This document shows, in pieces, positions 10,210-20,500 of a DNA stretch of 64,000 nucleotides (its first letter is position 1; the number at the start of each line of letters is the position of its first letter). A program made the translations under genes and the position numbers. This DNA comes from an uncultured Alphaproteobacteria bacterium (GTDB lineage Bacteria > Pseudomonadota > Alphaproteobacteria > Rhizobiales > Xanthobacteraceae): contig CAVYOM010000008.1 of NCBI GenBank assembly GCA_963770135.1, positions 59,720-123,719 of the forward strand, given 5' to 3'. The notes under the pieces were generated by a model. It made no database searches. It was not told the DNA's origin and was given only the letters and a program-made list of their open reading frames with translations.

Positions 10210-11868
10210 TTACGGCGTCAGCGACACCGGCGAGAAGTCGACGAACCAGCTCTTCGGCTGCACAAAACCCTTGACCTTCGGGCTCATCGCGCGCGGCGAG
10301 ACGTCGTGGGCGACATAGAGGAATGCCGCATCGTCCACCGAGGCCGCGTGCAGTTCGGCCAGCGCCGCGTCACGTGCGGCGGGGTCGAAGGTCTGGCGCG
10401 CCTTGGTCACCAGCTCGTCGAACTTGGGATTGTTGATGTAACCCCAATTGTTCGACGTTGGCGGCGCCATCGACGACTGCAGGAAGCGCACCAGCGCGAA
10501 GAACGGGTCCATCGCCGCATAGGTGACGTTGGTGGCGTTGGCGCCGTTGGCGGTCGGATCCTTGGCGCCGCGGCGCCAGTTGGTGAACAGCGTATTCCAC
10601 TCGATGACGTCGAGCTGAACGTCGAAGTAGCATTCGGCCAGCGCCTGCTGCAGATATTCATTCATCGGCAAGGGCTGCATCTGCCCCGAGCCCGAGGCGG
10701 ATGTCTGGGTTTTCACCGTCAGCTTCTTGCTGGGACCGTAGCCGGCTTCCTGCATCAGTTTCTGCGCTGCCTTCAGGTCGTACTTGATCTCGAAGGTGGG
10801 CTTGCCGCGCCAGGGATGGCCGGCCTCGAACGTTCCGGTCGCGGGCACCATCAGGCCGGCGAGCAGGCCATCCTTGAGGCCTTCACGATCGATGCAGAGA
10901 TTGGCGGCCTTGCGGACGCGGATGTCGTTCCAGGGCGAGCCTTCGACGCGCGAGAACTGCCACGGCCAGACATGCGGCGATTCGTTGGCCTGCAGCTGGA
11001 AGCCGCGCTGCTTGATTTCCTTGACGGCATCCGGCGCCGGCGCCTCGACCCAGTCGACTTGACCGGACAACAATGCCGCGGTGCGGGCGTTGGCCTCCGG
11101 CATCGGCAGCAGCAGCATCTTGTCGATCTTGGGCACGCGCGCCTTGTCCCAATACCCGTCGTTCTTGACCAGTTCGAGCCGCTCGCGCGGCGTGAACTGC
11201 GACATCTTCCAGGGGCCGGTGCCCGAAGCGTCCTTGGCGAACGCCGCCCAGGCGGCCTGCGATTTCGCCTTGGCGTCGGCGCCTTCCGCCTTGTCGTAGA
11301 ACGCCTGCCACTTCGAGGGGCTGGCCATGAACAGATTGGTCAGGTTGATCGGCAAAAAGCTGTCCGGCTCCTTGGTGGTCAGTTCCACCGTCATGTCGTC
11401 AATCTTGCTGGCGGAGGCCAATGTCGGCATGCGCGAGGCGGTGACGCCGACCTGGCTGGCGTCGAACTGCGGCGCGTCCTGCTTCAGCACCTTCTCGACG
11501 TTCCAGACCACGGCATCGGCATTGAACGGCGAGCCGTCGTGGAATTTGACGCCGGGACGCAGCTTGAACGTCCACTTCTTCTTGTCGGCCTCGTCGACCT
11601 TCCATTCGGTCGAAAGCCCGGGAATCATCACGCTCGGCTTGTCTGATGACGACAGGTCCCACATCGTCAACGCGTCGTACATGGTGAGGCCGGTGAAGCG
11701 GTTGCCCTCAAAACCCTGATCGGGCTGGCCGAGCGTGCGCGGAATATCGGCGGCGGTCATGCCGATTCGCAGCACCGTTTGGGCGCTGGCCAGTTGCGGC
11801 AGCCCCACCACCAGCGCCGTCGCCAGCAGCCACGCGGTGGCCGTCCCGATCCGTTTGTCATTACGCAT
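10210..11868 (-). CDS. ABC substrate-binding protein, family 5
   Basis: Signal peptide; WTFKLRPGVKFHDG, GTGPW, DIRVRKAANL. Confidence 0.95.
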   Translation of the reverse strand: MRNDKRIGTATAWLLATALVVGLPQLASAQTVLRIGMTAADIPRTLGQPDQGFEGNRFTGLTMYDALTMWDLSSSDKPSVMIPGLSTEWKVDEADKKKWTFKLRPGVKFHDGSPFNADAVVWNVEKVLKQDAPQFDASQVGVTASRMPTLASASKIDDMTVELTTKEPDSFLPINLTNLFMASPSKWQAFYDKAEGADAKAKSQAAWAAFAKDASGTGPWKMSQFTPRERLELVKNDGYWDKARVPKIDKMLLLPMPEANARTAALLSGQVDWVEAPAPDAVKEIKQRGFQLQANESPHVWPWQFSRVEGSPWNDIRVRKAANLCIDREGLKDGLLAGLMVPATGTFEAGHPWRGKPTFEIKYDLKAAQKLMQEAGYGPSKKLTVKTQTSASGSGQMQPLPMNEYLQQALAECYFDVQLDVIEWNTLFTNWRRGAKDPTANGANATNVTYAAMDPFFALVRFLQSSMAPPTSNNWGYINNPKFDELVTKARQTFDPAARDAALAELHAASVDDAAFLYVAHDVSPRAMSPKVKGFVQPKSWFVDFSPVSLTP

Positions 11869-11917
11869 ATGCAGCAATTCCTTCTCAACTTGGGTGACTA
11901 ATTCTTATGCAACGGTA

Positions 11918-11933
11918 TGCAACGCCTGTGCCA
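11918..11933 (-). promoter_or_regulatory. sigma54 (-24/-12) promoter for the leftward ABC/amidase operon
   Basis: Minus strand TGGCACAGGCGTTGCA = GG-N10-GC. Confidence 0.75.
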
Positions 11934-12012
11934 AGGAAGACACTTCAGCAGGGGCCTTTCGCCGCACAACTCCCGGTGATTGCGCATGCAAGCGCGCTTT
12001 CCATGCTCCATC

Positions 12013-12028
12013 TGGCATCAAGCTTGCA
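12013..12028 (+). promoter_or_regulatory. sigma54 (-24/-12) promoter for the rightward substrate-binding gene
   Basis: TGGCATCAAGCTTGCA = GG-N10-GC, about 40 nt before ATG 12068. Confidence 0.7.
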
Positions 12029-12067
12029 TTTTTCAGCTCCGTACCCTTGCCGATGGAGCCTTAATTC

Positions 12068-13681
12068 ATGCGCACCCGATATTCGATGCTTCTTGCTGCC
12101 GCGGCAATGGCCTTGGGGTTATCTCCAGGATTGCCCACGATTTCAGCACAGGCCGAGACCGTTGTGCGCTACGGCATCTCGATGGCGGACATTCCGCTAA
12201 CCACCGGCCAGCCGGATCGCGGCGCCGGCGCCTACCAGTTCTCGGCCTATACGATCTACGATCCGCTGGTGGCCTGGGAGATGGACGTGTCCGACCGGCC
12301 GGGCAAACTGGTGCCGGGCCTGGCCACCGAGTGGAAGGTGGACGACAGCGACAAGAAGAAATGGCGCTTTGCGCTGCGCAAGGGCGTCAAATTTCACGAC
12401 GGCAGCGAATTCAACGCCGACGCCGTGATCTGGAATCTGGACAAGGTGCTCAATGACAAGGCACCGCAGTTCGACAAGCGGCAGAGCGCGCAGGTGAAAA
12501 CCCGCCTGCCTTCGGTGGCGAGCTACGCCAAGATCGACGATTCTACCGTCGAGATCACCACCAAGACGGTCGATTCCTTCTTCCCCTACCAGATGCTCTG
12601 GTTCCTGGTCTCCAGCCCCGCGCAATATGAAAAGCTCGGCAAAGACTGGGACAAGTTCGCCAGCCAGCCCTCCGGCACCGGGCCGTTCAAGCTCACAAAA
12701 CTGGTGCCGCGCGAACTCGCCGAACTCACCAAGAACGCCGACTACTGGGACAAGAAGCGGATTCCGAAGGCCGACAAGATCGTGCTGATTCCGATGCCGG
12801 AAGCGCTGACGCGCACCAATGCGTTGCTGGCGGGCCAGGTCGATCTGATCGAGACGCCGGCGCCCGATGCCGTGCCGCAGCTCAAATCCGCCGGCATGAA
12901 GATCGTCGACAACGTCACCCCGCATGTCTGGAATTATCACTTAAGCGTGCTGCCCGGCTCGCCCTGGACCGACATCCGCCTGCGCAAGGCGCTCAACCTT
13001 GCGATCGATCGCGAGGCCGTGGTCGGGCTGATGAACGGGCTTGCAAAGCCCGCCAAGGGCCAGGTCGACCCGTCGAGCCCGTGGTTCGGCAAGCCGGACT
13101 TCGAACTGAAATACGATGTCGCCGCGGCGAAGAAGCTGGTGCAGGAGGCCGGCTATTCCAAGGAGAAGCCGCTGAAGACGACCTTCGTCATCGCACAAGG
13201 CGGCACCGGGCAGATGTTGTCGCTGCCGATGAACGAATTCCTGCAGCAGAGCTTTAAGGAAATCGGCATCGAGATCGACTTCAAGGTGGTCGAGCTGGAG
13301 ACTCTTTATACCGCGTGGCGCAAGGGCGCGGCCGACGAGATGAACGCCGGCATCACCTCCAACAACATCGCCTATGTCACGTCGGATCCGCTCTACGCCA
13401 TCGTCCGCTTCTTCCACTCCGGCCAGATCGCACCTGTCGGGGTCAACTGGGGCGGCTACAAGAACCCGAAGGTCGATGCGCTGATCGACGAGGCCAAGCA
13501 GACTTTCGATGTCGCCAAGCAGGACGAACTGCTGGCGCAGGCGCATGCGATGATCGTCGACGACGCCACGCTGGTCTGGGTGGTGCATGACACCAACCCG
13601 CACGCGCTGTCGCCGAAGGTGAAGAAGTTCGTGCAGGCGCAGCACTGGTTTCAGGATCTGACGCAGATCGGGCTGGAGTGA
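12068..13681 (+). CDS. ABC substrate-binding protein, family 5 (paralog of 10210-11868)
   Basis: Shares ADIP.T.GQPD.G, PGL.TEWKVD, APQFD, G.GQM..LPMNE.LQQ with the divergent SBP. Confidence 0.95.
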   Translation: MRTRYSMLLAAAAMALGLSPGLPTISAQAETVVRYGISMADIPLTTGQPDRGAGAYQFSAYTIYDPLVAWEMDVSDRPGKLVPGLATEWKVDDSDKKKWRFALRKGVKFHDGSEFNADAVIWNLDKVLNDKAPQFDKRQSAQVKTRLPSVASYAKIDDSTVEITTKTVDSFFPYQMLWFLVSSPAQYEKLGKDWDKFASQPSGTGPFKLTKLVPRELAELTKNADYWDKKRIPKADKIVLIPMPEALTRTNALLAGQVDLIETPAPDAVPQLKSAGMKIVDNVTPHVWNYHLSVLPGSPWTDIRLRKALNLAIDREAVVGLMNGLAKPAKGQVDPSSPWFGKPDFELKYDVAAAKKLVQEAGYSKEKPLKTTFVIAQGGTGQMLSLPMNEFLQQSFKEIGIEIDFKVVELETLYTAWRKGAADEMNAGITSNNIAYVTSDPLYAIVRFFHSGQIAPVGVNWGGYKNPKVDALIDEAKQTFDVAKQDELLAQAHAMIVDDATLVWVVHDTNPHALSPKVKKFVQAQHWFQDLTQIGLE

Positions 13682-13691
13682 GGGATTTCTC

Positions 13692-13779
13692 GTAGGGTGG
13701 GCAAAGGCGCCCTTGCGCCGTGCCCACCGTCCGCACTCCGCAAGGAATGGTGGGCACGCTTACGCTTTGCCCACCCTAC
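13692..13779. repeat. GTAG-type REP-like palindromic element (family B)
   Basis: GTAGGGTGGGCAAAG..GTGCCCACC / GGTGGGCAC..CTTTGCCCACCCTAC. Confidence 0.85.
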
Positions 13780-13813
13780 ATTCTTCGCTTGGCTGAGACG
13801 AAAATCGATCGCC

Positions 13814-15130
13814 TCACGGAATTGGATAACCCTTCCAAAGCCACTCCAGCGCTGACGGCAGCGTCTGTGCGACGGTCGGGCGATCGACGTGCTTGGCGTT
13901 GCGCACGAACAGGTACTGGTAATGGTAGCCCTTCTCGGCCAGCACCTTGGCCATCAGCGCGGCCGACAGCGTCCAGTCGTGCATGCCGTCGGGGATCGTC
14001 GGGTTCGGGTAGAACAGGTCCTGATCGCCCATCTCGAACCAGTAACGGATCGGCTTGGTGGACGCGCTGGGTATCAGCGGCACGCCGGGTGGCTCCGACG
14101 GCGTGAGCACGCCTGCCTTCACGGTGAGGTTGGGACCTGCCGGGCCCGCCCACGGACTGTGATATTCCCAGGCGCCGCCGCGCAGTGCCGGATTCCACGG
14201 CCATTGCTGATTGACCATGGTTGGCGAATAGGCCAGCACCCGATGATAGAGTTCGGGATGGAACCACGCCATGGAGAAGGCCGCCGTGCCGCTTGAACTC
14301 AGCCCCATGGTGGCGCGGCCCTCGGGGTCCTTTGTCAGCTTCACGCCGGCATTCTGCTCAACGAGCGGCAATACCTCGCGCTCCACGAACTGCGCATAGG
14401 CTCCCGACACCGTGTCGTATTCGCGCCCGCGCTGTGCGCCCTGCGCGTCCTGCCCGCCATTGCCGATCTGGATGGAGACCATCGGCGGCACGCGGCGCTG
14501 CTGGATCAGATTGTCGAGGGTGGTGTTCATGTCCTTCCAGGCCGTCGAGCCGCCGTCGCCCAGCACGATGAACGGCACCTCCGTGCCGCGCACATAGTTA
14601 GGCGGGACATAGACCTCGATCGTACGCGTCCAGGTGCCGGGGTGGCTGGTGGTGACGATCATGTTCGATTTGTCGCCGGGCGCCGTGGTGGTCACCATGA
14701 TCGAACTGTTGTTGCAGCCCGGCGTGTCGTCGCGGATCAGGCCGGGGTTGTAGATCACGCTGTCCTTTGAAGACAAAGTAAAGGACGTGATCGTGCCGCG
14801 CGGCACGCCGTCCTTGGCGATGGTCTCTGGGGCGGGCGCGTGGGTCGGGCCGATGATGAAATTTCCCTCGGCGCCTGACGGCGGCAGTGTGCCGTCGGGG
14901 AGCTCCGTCGCGCGCGGGTAATTCGGGTTCGACGGGTCGCGCGTGGGCGGCGCTGTCTTGAAATCGAGGCCCGTCGTATCGATGAAGAAAGGCGCGGCCT
15001 TGTCGCTCGTGTTGGCGCCGGGAGGAACGATCATGTTCTGGGTAACGCAGGCCGGCTGCGCCAGGGCAGCGGGCATGAGCGACACGGCAGAAATCAACGC
15101 CCCCGCAAGGGCGGCCAACATGTTGCTCAT
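13814..15130 (-). CDS. Secreted esterase, alpha/beta hydrolase (enterochelin-esterase-like)
   Basis: Signal peptide; R.I.VYVPP, RGREYD, MGLSSSG nucleophile elbow, LP.ALEWLW. Confidence 0.8.
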   Translation of the reverse strand: MSNMLAALAGALISAVSLMPAALAQPACVTQNMIVPPGANTSDKAAPFFIDTTGLDFKTAPPTRDPSNPNYPRATELPDGTLPPSGAEGNFIIGPTHAPAPETIAKDGVPRGTITSFTLSSKDSVIYNPGLIRDDTPGCNNSSIMVTTTAPGDKSNMIVTTSHPGTWTRTIEVYVPPNYVRGTEVPFIVLGDGGSTAWKDMNTTLDNLIQQRRVPPMVSIQIGNGGQDAQGAQRGREYDTVSGAYAQFVEREVLPLVEQNAGVKLTKDPEGRATMGLSSSGTAAFSMAWFHPELYHRVLAYSPTMVNQQWPWNPALRGGAWEYHSPWAGPAGPNLTVKAGVLTPSEPPGVPLIPSASTKPIRYWFEMGDQDLFYPNPTIPDGMHDWTLSAALMAKVLAEKGYHYQYLFVRNAKHVDRPTVAQTLPSALEWLWKGYPIP

Positions 15131-15241
15131 TTTCGTCTCCCTGAATCGGCGAGTTTTGCTGGCCCACCTTCACGGAAAGTATGAAGAGCGGCCGGCGAGC
15201 GGTCAAGTTGCCGCCGCGCATGTCGTCTCCATCGAAAGAAG

Positions 15242-17470
15242 TTACTTCGTCAGCAGCGCGAAGGCGCCGTTCCAGTCTTCCGGCGGCGGGTTTTCGAGAT
15301 AGCCGCGGATGCGGGCCTCGTAGAGATTGTAGAGCAGCTCCAGCGAGTTTGCCTCGTCGGTCCTGCGGCCGCGCGCGATGGCCGCGAGCGCGCCATCCCA
15401 GTCGCGGGTGCGATAGCAAGCGAGCATCTCGATGGTCAGGTTGCGCAGCCGCTGGAAGCGGCCGGACTGCGCGGTGTCCTCGCGCCCGGCTATGGCGTAG
15501 ATCACCTCGGGCTCCTTCTTGCCCTTTACCATGATGAAGTCGAGTTCGAGGATCGCGAACCTGTCCTTGACCGCCAGCGCCGTCCTGGAGCCGACGATGA
15601 TCGGAAAGCCGTATTCCTTGGACTGCCCCTCGAGGCGCGAGGCCAGGTTGACGCTGTCGCCGAACACCGAATAGTCGAAGCGCTGATCTGAGCCCATGTT
15701 GCCGACCACGCAGGTGCCGGTATTGAGGCCGACGCCGACATTGAGCGGAATGAACGGGCGGCCCTCCTCCTTTGCTTCCTGCTCGCGCGCCTGATTGAGC
15801 CCATCGACGCGCTCCAGCATGTCGAGCGCCGCCTCGCAGGCATTGAGCTGATGGTCCTTGTCGTCGAGCGGCGCGTTCCAGAACGCCATGATGGCGTCGC
15901 CCATATACTTATCGATGGTGCCCTTGCGGTTGAGGATGGCGTTGGTCAGCGGCGTCAGGAAGCGGTTCATCAGCGCGGTGAGGCCCTGTGGGTCGCTCTT
16001 GTAGGTCTCCGAGATCGAGGTGAAGCCGCGCATGTCGGAAAACATGATCGTCATCTCGCGCTCCTCGCCGCCGAGCACCAGCTTTTCCGGCGACTGCGCC
16101 AGCTGTTCGACCAGCGCTGGCGACAGATACTGGCCGAAGGCGGAACGGATCTGTCGGCGTTGCGCCTGCTCGCGCACGAAGCTGGTAAAGATCAGCGTAA
16201 GATAGATCGCTGTGGTCGACATCAGGGGATAGGTGAAATCGATCAGCAGCCGGTCGTGGGCATAGAAGTACACCGAGAGTCCGATCAGCATGCTTGCAAA
16301 CGCCGCGCCAAGGACAACCAGCGTGATCGGTCCGAACTGCGGTGCAAACGCAATCACCAGAAGCCCAAACAACAGCGCCGTCGCGAATTCGACGGCGATG
16401 CCGAAGATCGGCTGCGAGATCACCGCGCCGGTGAGCGCGCTTTCCAGTACCTGGGCATGGATCTCGACCCCGGGCATGGCGCGCGACACCGGCGTGGTCT
16501 TGATGTCGTTGAGGCCGACCGCCGAGGTGCCGATCAGTACCAGCTTCCCGGCGATCATGTCGGGCGCGACGTTCTTCTCCAGCACATTGACCGCAGGGAC
16601 ATAGATCGAGGCGTCGTTGCGGGCATAGTGAACCCAGAGCTGACCGTTATGGTCGGTCGGAATCTCAAACCCTTTGACACCGATGCTCTTGATGCCGGCC
16701 GTTTCGGCCTTGATCAGGATGGTCCCCGATCCGCTGGCGACGCGCAAAATCTCGAATGTCAGCGACGGCATGGTCTGGCCCTGCGCCTGCATGATCATCG
16801 GTACGCGCCGGATGATGCCGTCGCGCTCGGGCCTGATCGTGAACAGGCCGCGCCCCGCGGCGGCATGCTCCAGCACCGGCACGTTGCGCAACAGGCCCGG
16901 GAAATCGAACATGAAGCGCTGCGGCTCCTCGCCCAGCATCGCAATCCCGGTGACCGGCAGCGCCTTGTCGAGGGCCGCGATTTCCTCCGGCAGGCCGGAT
17001 TCGCCGAGCACGACGCGGGACGCCTTGATGGCGTCGGCGAAGATCTGGTCGTTGCTCGGCAGCGCGCGCAGCTTGGTGCGGGTCTCCTCATCGAGGTTGC
17101 GGAAGGTATCGGCCGCAAAGGCGGGGTTGAGACGGTCCGGTTCGGAAAACACCGCGTCGAAGGCGATCACGACCGCACCGAGCCGGGTCAGTTCGGTCAC
17201 GAGATCGGCAATCCGGGTGCGTGGCCAAGGCCACTGCCCGAGCTTTTCCAGGCTCTTGTCGTCGATATCGACGATAGTGACCGGCCTGATGGTCTTCTTG
17301 CGCGGCTCGATGCGCTGGAAGGCGTCAAAGGTCCTGACGCGGATTTCCTCGACGGGCGCCGGGTCGGCGGCGCGTAGCGCGGCGAACCCGATCAGCAGCG
17401 CAAGGCACAGCAGCCGCGCATAGCCTATGCGCCGCGCGAACCATCTTCGCAATACCCGCAACCGTTTCAT
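15242..17470 (-). CDS. CHASE2-domain class III adenylate/guanylate cyclase
   Basis: IVDIDDKSLEKLGQWPWPR and PGVEIHAQ (CHASE2), 3 TM helices, FSDMRGFT, IDKYMGDAIMAFW, GDSVNLASRLEG. Confidence 0.95.
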   Translation of the reverse strand: MKRLRVLRRWFARRIGYARLLCLALLIGFAALRAADPAPVEEIRVRTFDAFQRIEPRKKTIRPVTIVDIDDKSLEKLGQWPWPRTRIADLVTELTRLGAVVIAFDAVFSEPDRLNPAFAADTFRNLDEETRTKLRALPSNDQIFADAIKASRVVLGESGLPEEIAALDKALPVTGIAMLGEEPQRFMFDFPGLLRNVPVLEHAAAGRGLFTIRPERDGIIRRVPMIMQAQGQTMPSLTFEILRVASGSGTILIKAETAGIKSIGVKGFEIPTDHNGQLWVHYARNDASIYVPAVNVLEKNVAPDMIAGKLVLIGTSAVGLNDIKTTPVSRAMPGVEIHAQVLESALTGAVISQPIFGIAVEFATALLFGLLVIAFAPQFGPITLVVLGAAFASMLIGLSVYFYAHDRLLIDFTYPLMSTTAIYLTLIFTSFVREQAQRRQIRSAFGQYLSPALVEQLAQSPEKLVLGGEEREMTIMFSDMRGFTSISETYKSDPQGLTALMNRFLTPLTNAILNRKGTIDKYMGDAIMAFWNAPLDDKDHQLNACEAALDMLERVDGLNQAREQEAKEEGRPFIPLNVGVGLNTGTCVVGNMGSDQRFDYSVFGDSVNLASRLEGQSKEYGFPIIVGSRTALAVKDRFAILELDFIMVKGKKEPEVIYAIAGREDTAQSGRFQRLRNLTIEMLACYRTRDWDGALAAIARGRRTDEANSLELLYNLYEARIRGYLENPPPEDWNGAFALLTK

Positions 17471-17562
17471 GGCTTCCGAATGATCACCCGGACAACGGCG
17501 CCGGACAAGTCAGAAGATAGCATCGATATCGCGGAGCTAGTGTGAATTCGTAAGCCGCAACA

Positions 17563-20500
17563 CTAGGTAACGTGATGCGGCGACACGATGAAGTCGCTGA
17601 CATGCAGGCTGGTCACAGCGACGTTTTTCAGCGTGATGGCTTCGTTGCCGAGCGTGATCAGGACATCCGCCGGGCTTGTCGAACTCTGCACCGCATGGGT
17701 GGACAGCCAGCCATTGATATTGTCGGCGCCCACTTCGGAAAACAGCCGCAGATCGATGCGGTCCTGGCCCGGCGTGAAATCCGTAATCGTGTCGGCGCTC
17801 GGGTTCTGTCCCGGCGCAAAAACGAACTGATCCGCGCCCGCACCGCCGGTCAGCGTGTCGGCATGGTCGGTCGCGAAAATGACGTCCTTGCCGGACGTGC
17901 CGGTCAGGGTGACGTCCGGTCCCGATCCACCCTGGTTGAAGATGAAGTGAACCCTGTCGGTGTGGCCGAAACTGTCGGCGACGGTCAATGTGACCGAATC
18001 GGTCTGCGGCTGCGGGCTGTGGGCGTCGTAGACGATGCCATTATCCAGCGCTGCATTGAGCCCGGCTATTCCCGCGCCCGAACCTGCCGACGGGCTCACG
18101 CTGCTTCCGACGTTGCCGGTTGCGGCAGATACCGTGAACGTGTCGGTCGATGCGGTGGCGTCGGCATCGGTGACATGGAGCCCGGAAATCTTGGTAACGC
18201 CGTTGCCAAGTTCGGTGATGGTGAAAGCTTCGGTTCCGATCACCGGCCCGGCCGCGGCGGCGGTCGATGCATTCGCAGCACCGACGAGCGTGACGGTCAG
18301 CGGCTGATTTCCGGTATGGCCATGACCATCGCTGACCTCCGCGATGAACTTGATCTTCAGCACATCGCCTGCATGCAGGAAGTTCAGATTGGCGTCGGTC
18401 GGATGATAGGTCCACTGTAGAACAGCCGTTCCGCCGTTGCTCAGCATGGTGTCGAACGTCACGCCGCCGGCATCCAGCAACGCCGAGATGTCGATGCCGC
18501 CCGGTATCGTTGTCGAGCCATTGTAGTCGATCGTGGCGTTGCCGGTCACGAATGCGGTCAATGTGTCGCCGATATCGGCGTCATGGACGTTGAGCGTACC
18601 CGTGACTGTCTTGAGGGGCGGAACGTATCCGGCGGAAATGTTGTCGATCTCGAATGCGTTCGAGGTGCTGCCGAGCACGACCTTGTTGAACGAGTGCAGG
18701 CCCTGGAATTCCACATAGCCGTTCGAGGCAAACGAGCCCTGGTTGCCGGTCGAAAGCAACGGGCTGATATCAGCGCCGGTATAGGAGGCAACGAGCGTCG
18801 TTCCGTCGTAGAACTTGATGGTATTGTAGGAATCGACCGACCCCCAATACAGCCCGAAGACGTTCTTCTCCGACGCAAAGGTGATCGTCTCGGTGGCGTT
18901 GGCGCCGATGCTCAGATATTTGGTGGTGTCCTGGTTACCGGGCAACGGCCCAACGAACGGGGCGGCCGTGACCGAGGCGGAGGAGCCGATGACGACCCCG
19001 GCATTTTCGGACGCCAGGAAATCGGCGCCGAGCGCGTTGCTATGGAAATTGCCTCGACCTTCACCGTTGTTGGATGACGAACCTGGCGTCTGGTCGTCGA
19101 ACGTCTCCGTGCTCACACCGAGCGAGTTCACGTTCACGCCTGCGGCAAGCACGTGCTTCGAGGTCACCACGACGATCTGAGCGGGAGGATTGACCTCGCC
19201 CACGATCGAGGGCGTGTCGTTGGCGCCTTGCACATTGACAGTCAGAATTGCTGTAGCGACGGCACCGTGGACATCGCTGGTCCGCACCGTGAAGGTGTCG
19301 GTGTAGTTGCCCTCGTGCAGCGCATTGATCGCTGCAGCGTCGGGAACATAGGTGTAGGTACCGTCAGCGTTCACTTTCAGCGAGCCGAACATGCCGGCAA
19401 CGGACTCATTAGTCGCGTGACCCGGTGCATCGACCACGCCATAGCTCAGCGTGGCGGTCTCGCCACTGTCGCGGTCGCTACCATCCAGCGTCCCCGTGAT
19501 ATCAGCGAAAGTATCGGCGGCGGCCGTATCGGCAAGCGTTCCCGCGAGTTCCGCGGCCAATGTCGGCGTGTCGTTGGCACCGTTGACGTCGATCGTCAGA
19601 ACGGCGGTGGCAAAGGCGCCGTGGACGTCGACGGTCTTTACCGTGAAGGTATCGATGGAGTTGCCGCCGTGCAGCGCGTTGATCGCTGCAGCGTTGGGAA
19701 TGTAGGTGTAGGTGCCGTCGGCATTCACCGTCAGCGAGCCGAACGCGCCGGCAACGGGCTCATTCGTCGCGCGCCCCTCTGCATCGACCACGCGATAGCT
19801 CAGCGTGGCGGTCTCGCCATGGTCTGCATCGCTGCCGTCCAGCACGCCGGTGATATTTCCGAAACCGTCGTTCGCCGCGGTATCCGTGAGCTTGCCCGCC
19901 AGTTCCGCAGCGAGTGTCGGCGTGTCATTGCTGCCGGTGATGGTGACAGTGACCGGCTTCGTAATCACGCCGCCATGGTGGTCGTCGACCGTGGCAGTGT
20001 AGGTCAGCGTCAGCGTTTCGTTGTTCGCTAGGAAATCGAACTGGCTGTCGGCGACGTCATAGGACCAACTCACCGAACCATTGTTGGTATTGCCGCCGGC
20101 CGGCGTCAGTGTCAGCGAAACGCCGAGGTCGTGTTGCTGCTGCGCCGTCAGCGAAAAATTGCTGGTGCCGTTCGCAGCCTTGTAGGCGTAGCCGCTGAAC
20201 GAGGCCGATACGATCGGCCGGTCGCTGAGATCGAGGTCCGCAAAGCTGATGCTGCCGCCGGCATGGTCCAGCGCAGTGTTGCCGGTGCCGGCCATTTCGG
20301 TAATGGCGCCATTGCTCGCGGTGACCGTCGGCGCGTCGTTGGAGCCGGTCACGGTGATGAGGACGTCCTGCGAGGTGAACCCGCCGTGGTGGTCGTCGAT
20401 CTTTACCGTGTAAGTCAGCGTGACGGTTTCGCCATTGGCAAGATAGTCGAAGTAGTGATCCGGGGCCGCGAACGACCATGCCTGCGAACCGGCGATCCGA

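Noticed and set aside
11963-11980. NtrC site CGCACAACTCCCGGTGA between the sigma54 promoters
   Set aside because: The half-site spacing is off by one and the match to TGCAC-N7-GTGCA is poor.
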